From contig CAWCFX010000004.1 of NCBI GenBank assembly GCA_963795085.1, positions 431,738-495,737 on the forward strand: a stretch of 64,000 nucleotides of DNA, in the 5' to 3' direction. Within the stretch, counting starts at the first letter, position 1; every line of letters starts with the position of its first letter. The position numbers and the translations under genes are program-made. The DNA is from an uncultured Gemmatimonadales bacterium. GTDB taxonomy: Bacteria; Gemmatimonadota; Gemmatimonadetes; Gemmatimonadales; GWC2-71-9. The notes below the pieces were generated by a model that did not search any database, was not told the DNA's origin, and saw only the letters and a program-made list of their open reading frames with translations. This document shows, one piece after another, positions 21,001 through 28,536 of the stretch.

Positions 21001-23833
21001 GCTCGATCTGCGAGGCGGTCCGCCATTCCAGGAGGTAACGGCGGGAGACGGCCAGCCGCCAGAGCGTGCGCAGGATGGCATCGGCCGAGACCCAGGCCTG
21101 GTGGGGGAGGAACACCACTCTCACCGCCAGCTGCTGGATACTGGTGATGGCGTCGTGGCCGACGGCGGAATAGTAGGCCCGCCAGGACTTGTCCATCGGC
21201 GGCCGCATCGCGGCGAGCAGGAGGGCCACCAGCCAGGGAGCCGCGATCGCCGCGAGGCCCAGCAGGGTCCACCGGGCCGGCGAACCGGGAAAGAGCAGCC
21301 AGCCGGCGAACAGAAACGCCAGTTGCCCGATCTCCACCGTACTGCGGCGCATGTTATCGAAAATCTTCCAGCGGGAGAGCAGCGAGAGCCGGTTGGGTTC
21401 CTGGCCGTCAGGGCCGGGGACCCCGAATCCCAGCCAGGGCAGCAACTGCCAGTCGCCCCGGATCCAGCGGTGCTTGCGCCGGGTGTAGGTCGGGTAGGTG
21501 CGCGGGTAGTCGTCGTAGACCGTGATGTCGGTGGCGAGCCCGGCCCGGGCGTAGTTGCCCTCGATCAGGTCGTGCGACAGGAGGGTGTTCTCGGGAAAGC
21601 GCCCGTGGGTGGCCCGCTCAAAGGCGTCCACGTCGTAGATGCCCTTTCCGGTGAAACTTCCCTCGCCGTAGAGATCCTGGTACACGTCCGACACCGCGGT
21701 GGTATAGGGATCCACGCCGGGGTGACCGGAGTGGATCGCGGCGAACCGGGACCGGTGGGCGCTGGGCAGGGAGACGCCCACCCGGGGCTGCAGGATGCCA
21801 TAGCCCTGGACGACCCGGCCCCGGACCGGATCGTACACCGCCCGGTTGAGCGGATGGGCCAGCGCGCCGATCAGCAGCGGGGCGGCGTCCGGGGGGAGCA
21901 CGGTGTCGGCATCCAGGGTGATGACGTAGCGCACTCCCTGGAGCGGCTGCACCTTCCCCACGATGACCGAGAAGGCACCGTCCCCGGCACCCCGCAGAAA
22001 CCGGTTGAACTCGGCCAGCTTTCCGCGCTTTCGTTCCCAGCCCATCCAGACCCCCTCCTGGGGATTCCAGCGGCGGGGGCGGTGGAAGAGGTAAAACGCG
22101 GTGTCGTCGCTGTGGCCGTAGCGCTCGTTGAGCGAACGGATGCCGGCGATGGCGGCGGCGATGATCTCCTCGTCGCCGCTCACGTGCTCCGAGGGCGCGT
22201 CGGTAAAATCGCTGAGCAGCGCGAAGTGCAGGTGCGATTCCCGGTTGGCCAGGAACTGCGCTTCCAGGGTCTCCAGCGATTCATGCACCGCGTCCACGCT
22301 GTCAAACAGCGTGGGAATGACGACGGCGGTGCGGAACTCCTGCGGCACCCCGTGTTCGCCCAGGTCCAGCTTGGGGAGCGTGCGGGGCGGCAGCAGGGCG
22401 GTTACCAGCTGGTTAACGACGTTGACGGCGATATCGAACGCGGGCAGGAACCCAAAGGCCAGCACCAGGGGCCATGCCAGGATGGCGACCGGCTCCGCCA
22501 GCCAGAGCAACAGGGCCAGCGCGGCCAGGGTGCCGTTGAGGATCCCCCCGACGAACACGACGTTGGGATGGCGCACGACCCAGCGGTGCGCCGATTCCCG
22601 GAGCGTCGGGCGATACCCCGCCGCGCGCTCCAGCTCGGGCAGCCCGTCGTCGACCAGGTAAAACCCGACGTGCTCGCGGCGCCGGTCCTCCTCATGGCCG
22701 GGATCCACGCTCCGGGCCAGGTCGACGGCCAGCCGCGCGATGGTCTCCTCAGGGACCTGGCACCGCTTGGCGATCCGTTCCACCGAGTGGCGATACTGGT
22801 CCCGGGTCGCGAAGGTCATCCTGGGGTAGAAGCCCGAAGGGTCGGTGCGGAGGGCCGACTCCATCACGCTCTGCCGCTCTACGAAGACCCGCCAGTCCAT
22901 GCGCGCCACCGCCCGAAGGCTGGTGATGCTGTTGGCCATGGTGATCTGGGTCAGGGCCAGCCGCTGGGTGGCCCGCGCCGTGGCATCGTCGGCGTTCAGC
23001 CCCTCTTCCTCGATCCACTGCTCCAGCCGCGCCAGCGACGCCACCGGGATCTGGGCCAGCCGGAGCTGCTGCAGCAGGCGGGAGACAAAGGCGACCGTCA
23101 GGGCCGGCGGGCCGGAGACAAAACGCTCGAGGACCTCATTCAGGGCACGGGATCCCGACTCGCTGGCCTCCTGGATCCGGTGCACCCACCGATCGGCCCC
23201 TTCGACCTCGTCCAGGCGTTGCACGGTGCGCAGTGCCATCCGCCGGACATTTTCGATCATGCCCAGGCGCAGCATGGCGGGCATCGCCCACAGTTCGCCG
23301 ATGGTCAGGGGCGACATTTCCTGGAACGCGGTCACAAAAGCGTCCACGTTCTCCAGGTCGATCCGCCCCTCAGTGTGAGAGATCAGGCTGATCGCGACCT
23401 GGTACACCCGGGGATACCCGGCCATGGGGCCGGACATCAGTTCCGGCAGTTCCCGGTAGTAGCCGCGGGGCAGGCTCTCCCTGACCTCGCGGATGTGTTC
23501 GACGATGACGTGATAGTTGTCGAGCAGCCATTCGCCGGCCGGCCCGATGTTGATGTCCTGCTCCACGGCGGCGGCCAGCCTGGTATGGGCGGCCTCGAGA
23601 ATCCGGCTCGTCTCGGCCAGGCGCGCCAGCGGCGAGGCGCCCCGCCGCCGCCGGCCATAGACCACCACCCGCTGGCTCCGGGCCACCCGACGGGCCCGTT
23701 CCGCCAGGTGCTCGATTCCAAGCAGCTCGCCCCGGATCGGGCCGGCCAGGGTCGCTTCCCGGCGCGGCGATCCCTTGCCCAGCAGGCGGGCCAGCAGCCG
23801 TGACGGCTTCAATGCTCGAATTCCCTGGGCCAC
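15068..23833 (-). CDS. ndvB: Cyclic beta-1,2-glucan synthase (GT84 + GH94-type phosphorylase domains)
   Basis: About 2,900 aa. Motifs EWLLDNY, WMGWERKRGKL, LDADT, SHDLIEG, RWIRGDWQ, YYDLLASEARL, SWSGSMFEYLMP, QSSGAYGFRDQLQD, GDWNDGMN and GWTWYTGSA. Start uncertain (GTG 23833 or TTG 23812). Confidence 0.95.
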   Translation of the reverse strand: MAQGIRALKPSRLLARLLGKGSPRREATLAGPIRGELLGIEHLAERARRVARSQRVVVYGRRRRGASPLARLAETSRILEAAHTRLAAAVEQDINIGPAGEWLLDNYHVIVEHIREVRESLPRGYYRELPELMSGPMAGYPRVYQVAISLISHTEGRIDLENVDAFVTAFQEMSPLTIGELWAMPAMLRLGMIENVRRMALRTVQRLDEVEGADRWVHRIQEASESGSRALNEVLERFVSGPPALTVAFVSRLLQQLRLAQIPVASLARLEQWIEEEGLNADDATARATQRLALTQITMANSITSLRAVARMDWRVFVERQSVMESALRTDPSGFYPRMTFATRDQYRHSVERIAKRCQVPEETIARLAVDLARSVDPGHEEDRRREHVGFYLVDDGLPELERAAGYRPTLRESAHRWVVRHPNVVFVGGILNGTLAALALLLWLAEPVAILAWPLVLAFGFLPAFDIAVNVVNQLVTALLPPRTLPKLDLGEHGVPQEFRTAVVIPTLFDSVDAVHESLETLEAQFLANRESHLHFALLSDFTDAPSEHVSGDEEIIAAAIAGIRSLNERYGHSDDTAFYLFHRPRRWNPQEGVWMGWERKRGKLAEFNRFLRGAGDGAFSVIVGKVQPLQGVRYVITLDADTVLPPDAAPLLIGALAHPLNRAVYDPVRGRVVQGYGILQPRVGVSLPSAHRSRFAAIHSGHPGVDPYTTAVSDVYQDLYGEGSFTGKGIYDVDAFERATHGRFPENTLLSHDLIEGNYARAGLATDITVYDDYPRTYPTYTRRKHRWIRGDWQLLPWLGFGVPGPDGQEPNRLSLLSRWKIFDNMRRSTVEIGQLAFLFAGWLLFPGSPARWTLLGLAAIAAPWLVALLLAAMRPPMDKSWRAYYSAVGHDAITSIQQLAVRVVFLPHQAWVSADAILRTLWRLAVSRRYLLEWRTASQIERAAPGRRAWLTMVPSIAVALALAGLAIEAETHRWRADTLPVLLASLLPLAALWLASPLVARGLNTPVYRWERRLDRREQTQALRYALLHWHYFDRFVTAESNWLVPDNFQEHPAPVVTLRTSPTNMGLQLLSVISAYDLRLITMESMLERLELAFASMERMHRFRGHFYNWYDLADLRVLEPGYISTVDSGNLAGHLLAIRQACLAVADDPVFDMRVWRALQTGLDLARELLEHPGGDAVGTERQSSPAAQVHVLQARGILEAASPADPPVPILDRLADALDAARDELAGTGPAGNEDAAAKGWIDWCRGLVAQHRSRIGELPTRLVPRRESEATVVFDSWRTIEEEGSGGTAVVRRLQALAGRASRMVEEMDFRFLFDDKRKLFAIGYQQASHALDPSYYDLLASEARLASFVAIAKNDVPVDHWFRLGRTLTRAGGQTALVSWSGSMFEYLMPQLVMQSFPFTVLDQTYRAALERHIAYGAERDVPWGVSESAYNIRDRHLTYQYRAFGVPDLALKRGLGRDLVVAPYASGLAVMIDASRALANLKTLERKGALGPYGFRDALDYTRPDPGQRWAVVRLYMAHHEGMTLVALTNALTAEVWQRRFHTDPLVRSAELLLHERIPRRLVLQPVQTARADESLPDPELERAAVRVIDTPDTDAPRAALLGNQPYTIMVTHAGAGYSRYENLAVTRWRADGTRDDTGQFCYLKDLGTGRAWSAAHQPLRTPADSYHAFLSTDRVVFDRTDGPVSTRTEITVVPADSAEVRRVTVTNNSNEERDIELTSYSEIVLAPPDTDRSHPAFSNLFIETEWHEWCTAITASRRPRSATEPVVWCAHVVDTGPERIAPVTCETSRVDFIGRGRTTQDPLAMERDGGLPGHTGAVLDPIFAIRTRVRLAPGQSASVAFTTLVATTREQVFELAGRYHGPHAAQRALNLAWTAAQVELRELGITPAEAGVFQDVAGYLFHGHRRLRAPQAELLQNRGSQPLLWSCGISGDWPIMLAMISAADGLPTLRQAIMAHRYWRRRGMTVDLVVLNSEESGYHQELGDRITGALVGAGDLAMADRPGGVFVRKTETLGPEELLMLRATARIHLHCDGRPLGRILEGQLDEEETGLESDDHPLPRVPGLATATAVARALWRNWSEADAGPGGPPPAGTAPRRTNAPGAIRPPGDPALAFPNGFGGQLPDGQYEIRVHGDHVPPAPWINVIANQHGGFLVSERGGGCSWARNSYFYRLSPWSNDPVSDPPGEVIYLRDVESDELWCPTPAPIPHGIPAVVRHGQGVTTFEQEHRGIATRLTLTVADDAMVKLSVLSLTNRDTRPRTLALTAYVEWTLGSQREHTRHQVQTEFDPALDAMLARNYFNPQFQDMVAFCALTQSVTGFTGDRREFLGRNGSAADPAGLRGAGGLSGTTGAGIDPCAALQCVVHLQPGETREVTVLLGAAAGRDEAVRMVRHYRETAAEAARSTALGWVRRLSVITVRTPEPSFDAMINHWLLYQALACRMWGRSALYQSSGAYGFRDQLQDVLAFVYAEPGVAREHILRAASRQFVEGDVQHWWHPESGRGVRTRFSDDLLWLPYVVDQYIRVTGDDAILDESISFLAMRELEPHEHEVYDLPSASGETGTLFEHCLRAIRRGATAGVHGLPLIGIGDWNDGMNRVGIEGKGESVWLAWFLVTVLRDFAGRAEARGEAATAAGLRAQADAYTAAVEAEAWDGAWYRRAYFDDGSPLGSHLSNECNIDSIAQSWSVISGAGKPERQVQAMQSLEAHLVDREARLVRLLTPPFDKTTKDPGYIKGYLPGVRENGAQYTHAALWAVLARATQGDTGQAFDLFQLLNPLTHGDSREAVERYKVEPYVVAADVYTARGHVGRGGWTWYTGSASWMYRVGLEAILGFTLRGNLLEMRPCVPASWPEFSLEYQFGGSRWEILVQDPGLLTANAKTITVDGRAIDGPAIRLVDDGARHKVVIRPAGG

Positions 23834-23930
23834 GCTCGTCCCTTCTGCGCTGTCGGTGCGCCTTCCCTGAGTCGCAATCTAGACTCCCCGCCATGATATT
23901 ATTGAATCAGCCTCAACTTCACCGGAGCCC

Positions 23931-25016
23931 ATGCGCCGCTCGCCGCTTCTCCTCCTGCTTGGACTCTCGGCGGTACCCGCGTCCGCCGTTGCCCAGCGGG
24001 AACCAGCCAGGAACGTGGTGTATGTCACGCTGGATGGCCTGCGATGGCAGGAAGTCTTCGATGGCGCATCCCCCGCATTCATGGGCCGCGACGCGGGCGG
24101 CGGCCGGGTGCCCGATTCGGCCGGGCTGGCCGCCCGGTTCTGGAGGCCCGCGGCGAGGGACCGGCGCCGTGCCCTCATGCCGTTTCTCTGGAGCACCGTG
24201 CTGGAACAGGGCCAGATTATCGGGGACCCTGCCCTGGGCGCGAGTGCCTACGTCACCAACGGCCTCTGGTTTTCCTATCCCGGGTACAGCGAGATGCTGG
24301 CGGGCCGCGCCGACCCGCGGATCGACAGCAACGACCCGGTTCCGAATCCCAATGTGACCGTGCTGGAATGGCTCCACCGGCAACCGGGATTCCCGGGCCG
24401 GGTCGCCGCGTTCGGGAGCTGGGAGATCCTCCCGTATATCGTGAATTCCGCCCGGAGCGGAATCTACGCCAACGGGGACGGTCCTCCGGTGGCGAATCCG
24501 GCCACCGCGCGAGACAGTGCCCTCAATGAACTCAGCGCCCAGTTGCCACCCCTGTGGGGCAGCACCCGGCTCGACGGGCCCACCATGCTGGGGGCGCTGG
24601 AATACATTCGCCGGGAGAAACCGCGGGTGTTATACGTCATGCTGGGTGAAACCGACGAGTGGGCGCACGACCAGCGGTACGATCTGTATCTCGACGCCGC
24701 CTGGCGTGGAGACCAGTTCATCCGGCAGCTGTGGGAAACGATGCAGGCCATGCCGGAATATGCCGGCACAACCGCGCTGGTCATCTCTACCGACCACGGC
24801 CGGGGGAGCGCCCCGCCAACCTGGGGCAATCACGGGAAGGACTACCCCGAGGCGGGGCGGATCTGGATCGCGGCTCTCGGCGCCGGGATCCCGGCAAGGG
24901 GAAACCGGGCGAACATCGAGGTCACCCAGAGCCAGGTGGCGGCCACTCTGGCCCGGCTGCTGGGCCTGGACTTCCGGGCCGCGGCGCCCCAGGCCGAGCC
25001 TCCGCTGGCGTTCTAG
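23931..25016 (+). CDS. Secreted alkaline-phosphatase-superfamily protein
   Basis: Signal peptide, VTLDGLRWQE, nucleophile SYPGY, and metal-binding GETDEWAH and TDHGRG. Confidence 0.85.
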   Translation: MRRSPLLLLLGLSAVPASAVAQREPARNVVYVTLDGLRWQEVFDGASPAFMGRDAGGGRVPDSAGLAARFWRPAARDRRRALMPFLWSTVLEQGQIIGDPALGASAYVTNGLWFSYPGYSEMLAGRADPRIDSNDPVPNPNVTVLEWLHRQPGFPGRVAAFGSWEILPYIVNSARSGIYANGDGPPVANPATARDSALNELSAQLPPLWGSTRLDGPTMLGALEYIRREKPRVLYVMLGETDEWAHDQRYDLYLDAAWRGDQFIRQLWETMQAMPEYAGTTALVISTDHGRGSAPPTWGNHGKDYPEAGRIWIAALGAGIPARGNRANIEVTQSQVAATLARLLGLDFRAAAPQAEPPLAF

Positions 25017-25087
25017 CCGCCCTATCCGGCGCCGGTCTCCGGTCGTATCTTGTCCCGGCGCGTTCCCTCCCCGTGCCCCGAGGCTCC

Positions 25088-26932
25088 ATGAAGGCCGCAT
25101 CGCTGGTTTTCGCCCTTGGCCTGTCTTTCCTGGCCGGGCCTTCAGGCGGCAATCGCATCACCCTTCCCGACATCGTGGCCAACGACAACCGGGTTCCCGC
25201 GGGGTGGCTGCATGGCGATACCCTGGAGCTCGCCCTGGACGTGCGGATGGGATCGTGGCGGCCCGAGTCGGATACGGGGCCTGCCGTCGAGGTCGCCGCC
25301 TTTGCCGAGCGGGGCCAGGCTCCGACTATCCCGGCGCCCCTGATCCGGGTGCCCGCGGGCACCCTGATTATTGCGCGGCTGCACAATCTCCTCCCCGATT
25401 CCAGCCTCGCCATTCACGGTCTTTTCACCCGGCCCGCCGGCCAGCCCGACAGCCTCGTTCTGGCCCCGCGCGATTCCGCCATCCTCCAGTTCCGCGCCGG
25501 CGAGGTCGGCACCTACCTGTACAAGGCGGTGCCAGGCGCCCACAGCTACGAGCTCGACGAGGAACGGGAACAGATGGCCGGGGCCTTTATTGTGGATCCG
25601 CCCGGTGGTTCTCCACCCGACCGGGTCTTCGTCATGAATATCTGGGGCCGGCAAATGGACTCGGCCACCTACGGCAACGCGCTCACTATCAATGGCAGAT
25701 CCTGGCCCTGGACTGAGCGCATCCGCGCCCAGGTGGGCGACACGCTCCGATGGCGGGTGATTAATGCGTCGGGGCGCAACCACCCGATGCACCTGCACGG
25801 ATTCTACTTCCGGATGGATTCCCACGGCGACTTTGCCAGGGATACGCTATACCCGGCCGAAGACCGGCCCCTGCTGGTGACCCAGGGACTCCTTCCCTTC
25901 CGCACCATGACGATGGTCTGGAGCCCGGACCGTCCCGGTAACTGGCTCTTTCACTGCCATATCGGGTTTCACGTGCTGCCTGAGGCACGGGTCAACCCTC
26001 CCGGTCATGACCACGAGGACTACCGGGCCCACGATCCCCTTCGCCACATGTCAGGGTTGATCCTGGGTATCGAAGTCCAGCCGCGGGCCGATGACCCCCC
26101 GGAGTCCCGGGACAACCCCGAACGGCTGCGGCTGTTCATCCAGGAAGGCCGGCCGCGGGGCCGGGCTCTGCGGGCGCTGGGCTTCGTGCTGCAGGAAGGT
26201 CACCGCCCGCCCGCTCCCGACTCGGTGGTGTTGCCGGGCACTCCCCTCATTCTGACCCGAGGCCGCCCGACCGACGTTGTCGTGGTCAACCGGCTCCGGG
26301 AGGCGTCGGTGATCCACTGGCACGGTGTCGAGCTGGAGAGCTACTCCGACGGGGTGGCCGGGTGGAGCGGGATGGGCGATCGCATCGCGCCCTCGGTGGA
26401 GCCGGGCGATTCCTTCGTGGCCCGTCTCACCCTGCCGCGCGCAGGCACTTTCATCTATCACACCCATCTCAACGACATCGAACAGCTCACCTCCGGCCTC
26501 TACGGCGGGATCGTCGTCCTGGAACCCGGCCGGCGCTGGGACCCGGACACCGACCACCTCTACGTGGCGGGGTGGGACAGTCCTGCGGAGGATTCAGCCG
26601 GTCCCCGCATCCTGCTCAACGGCGATTCCCTGCCGGCAGCCCGAACCCTTCGGGCGGGGGTAACCCACCGGTTCCGGTTCATCAACATCGGGCCAGCCGC
26701 CCGGTTTAACATCCGGATCTACCGCGATACGACCCTCGCCGAGTGGCGGGTGGTAGCCAAGGATGGCGCCGACTTCCCGCCTCGCCGGCGGCGACTGACG
26801 CCGGCTCGTTTCCGGTTCGACGTGGGCGAAACATTCGATGCCGAGGTGGTGTTCCGGCCCGGCACCTACCGGCTCGTTGCGGCGCTGGGCCCGGCACACC
26901 CATTTTACGAGCAGCGACTGGTGGTGCGGTAA
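25088..26932 (+). CDS. Multicopper oxidase domain protein (four cupredoxin-like domains), paralog 1
   Basis: Signal peptide MKAASLVFALGL and copper motifs HPMHLHG, HCHIGFH, HWHG and YHTH. Confidence 0.9.
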   Translation: MKAASLVFALGLSFLAGPSGGNRITLPDIVANDNRVPAGWLHGDTLELALDVRMGSWRPESDTGPAVEVAAFAERGQAPTIPAPLIRVPAGTLIIARLHNLLPDSSLAIHGLFTRPAGQPDSLVLAPRDSAILQFRAGEVGTYLYKAVPGAHSYELDEEREQMAGAFIVDPPGGSPPDRVFVMNIWGRQMDSATYGNALTINGRSWPWTERIRAQVGDTLRWRVINASGRNHPMHLHGFYFRMDSHGDFARDTLYPAEDRPLLVTQGLLPFRTMTMVWSPDRPGNWLFHCHIGFHVLPEARVNPPGHDHEDYRAHDPLRHMSGLILGIEVQPRADDPPESRDNPERLRLFIQEGRPRGRALRALGFVLQEGHRPPAPDSVVLPGTPLILTRGRPTDVVVVNRLREASVIHWHGVELESYSDGVAGWSGMGDRIAPSVEPGDSFVARLTLPRAGTFIYHTHLNDIEQLTSGLYGGIVVLEPGRRWDPDTDHLYVAGWDSPAEDSAGPRILLNGDSLPAARTLRAGVTHRFRFINIGPAARFNIRIYRDTTLAEWRVVAKDGADFPPRRRRLTPARFRFDVGETFDAEVVFRPGTYRLVAALGPAHPFYEQRLVVR

Positions 26933-27032
26933 TCGACGCATGCTCCATCGATTGTGGGCAGCGGACGGCCAGGGTCTTGTGTCTTTGTGTTGGTTCGTCC
27001 AGGTATCCGGGAAGCCGAATGGGAGCTGCTTG

Positions 27033-27269
27033 ATGGCCTACCGAAACTTTACCGACCGGCAGGGAAGGAAATGGGAAATCCGCGAGCGGAGCCGCTCCGA
27101 GTGGGAGCTGCATCCCGCCGGCGACAACCGGGAGCGGATGCGCACGGTGCGCTCACCCGGGTATGAGAAGGACCCCTTTGAGCTGAGCGTCGAAGAACTG
27201 GTGCGGTTGCTGGACGAGCCGGATATCCTGGGCCGGAGCAGGCCACCCAAGTCTCCTTTCGCGGACTAG
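27033..27269 (+). CDS. Small hypothetical protein (78 aa)
   Basis: GGAG upstream; MAYRNFTDRQGRKWEIRE...LSVEELVRLL; the stop abuts the gltS start. Confidence 0.65.
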   Translation: MAYRNFTDRQGRKWEIRERSRSEWELHPAGDNRERMRTVRSPGYEKDPFELSVEELVRLLDEPDILGRSRPPKSPFAD

Positions 27270-28496
27270 ATGACCTTCACATTCGACATGATCCAGACCA
27301 CCGCCCTGGCCGCGGTGGTCCTCTTCGCCGGCTACGAGATTCGCCGCCGGGTCGCCGTACTCGACCGCTTCAATATCCCCGCCCCTGTCGTCGGCGGGTT
27401 TCTGTTTGCGGCGCTGGCACTGGCGCTCCGACAGGCGGGTCTCGTCACCCTCGAGTTCGACACCACCCTGCAGTCGCCCTTCATGATCGCTTTCTTTACC
27501 GCGATCGGTTTGGGCGCCAGTCTGGGCCTGCTCAAGATCGGGGGCCCCCAGGTGCTCACCTTCTGGCTGCTGGCCTCGGTGGTGGCCGTCATTCAGAACG
27601 CGGTCGGGGTCGGTCTCGCCACCGCGATGGACGTGCATCCCTTCCTCGGCCTGGTGACCGGCTCCATCACCATGACCGGCGGGCACGGCACCGGCGCCGC
27701 GTTCGGCAAGCTGCTGGAAGAACAGTACCAGTTCCCCGGCGCGGTCACCCTGGCCATGGCCGCCGCCACCTTCGGGCTGGTCGCAGGCGGGCTGATCGGC
27801 AGCCCCATCGGGACCCGGCTGATCGGGCGCGGCGGTCTCAAGCCGGCGCCGACCCCGGTCGTCGGGGCGCCGCGGGGGTTCGAGGCGGCGGCCGTGAACG
27901 AGGAGATCTCGCCCGAGGCGCCGGGCGAGGCGCCCACTGCCTACCTCCTGATGAAGATTCTCACCATCATCCTGGTCTGCATGTGGCTGGGCGGGCTCCT
28001 CTCCCAGTGGCTGGGGCAGTTCGTCACCCTTCCGGGCTACATCGGCGCTATGATTGTCGCGGCGGTGTTCCGGAACCTCGCGGACCTGTCGAAGACCGTG
28101 CGGATCGAGGCGCGGGTCGTGGACGACCTGGGCACCATCGCGCTGTCGCTCTTTCTCACCATGGCGCTTATGACGCTCCGGCTCTGGGAGCTGCTCGACC
28201 TGGCGCTGCCGATGTTCGTCATTCTTATCGTCCAAGTGGCGATGCTGGCCGCCTTTGCCTACTGGATCACGTTCCGGGTCATGGGGCGGGACTACGACGC
28301 GGCCGTCATGGCCGGCGGCCACTGCGGGTTCGGGTTGGGCGCCACGCCCAACGCGGTAGCCAACATGCGCTCCCTGGAGGAGCGCTTCGGCCCCGCGCCG
28401 CGGGCCTTTCTCGTCCTGCCCATGGTCGGCGCCTTTTTCATCGACTTTACCAATGCGCTCATCATCACGACCTGGATCAACCTGGTAAAACCCTGA
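27270..28496 (+). CDS. gltS: Sodium/glutamate symporter
   Basis: IPAPVVGG, FFTAIGLGAS, GSITMTGGHGTGAAF, AMAAATFGL, GFGLGATPNAVANM and PMVGAFFID. Confidence 0.95.
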   Translation: MTFTFDMIQTTALAAVVLFAGYEIRRRVAVLDRFNIPAPVVGGFLFAALALALRQAGLVTLEFDTTLQSPFMIAFFTAIGLGASLGLLKIGGPQVLTFWLLASVVAVIQNAVGVGLATAMDVHPFLGLVTGSITMTGGHGTGAAFGKLLEEQYQFPGAVTLAMAAATFGLVAGGLIGSPIGTRLIGRGGLKPAPTPVVGAPRGFEAAAVNEEISPEAPGEAPTAYLLMKILTIILVCMWLGGLLSQWLGQFVTLPGYIGAMIVAAVFRNLADLSKTVRIEARVVDDLGTIALSLFLTMALMTLRLWELLDLALPMFVILIVQVAMLAAFAYWITFRVMGRDYDAAVMAGGHCGFGLGATPNAVANMRSLEERFGPAPRAFLVLPMVGAFFIDFTNALIITTWINLVKP

Positions 28497-28536
28497 CCAT
28501 GGGGCGCAATTCCCGGTGTGTGTGGCGCGCAGTACC

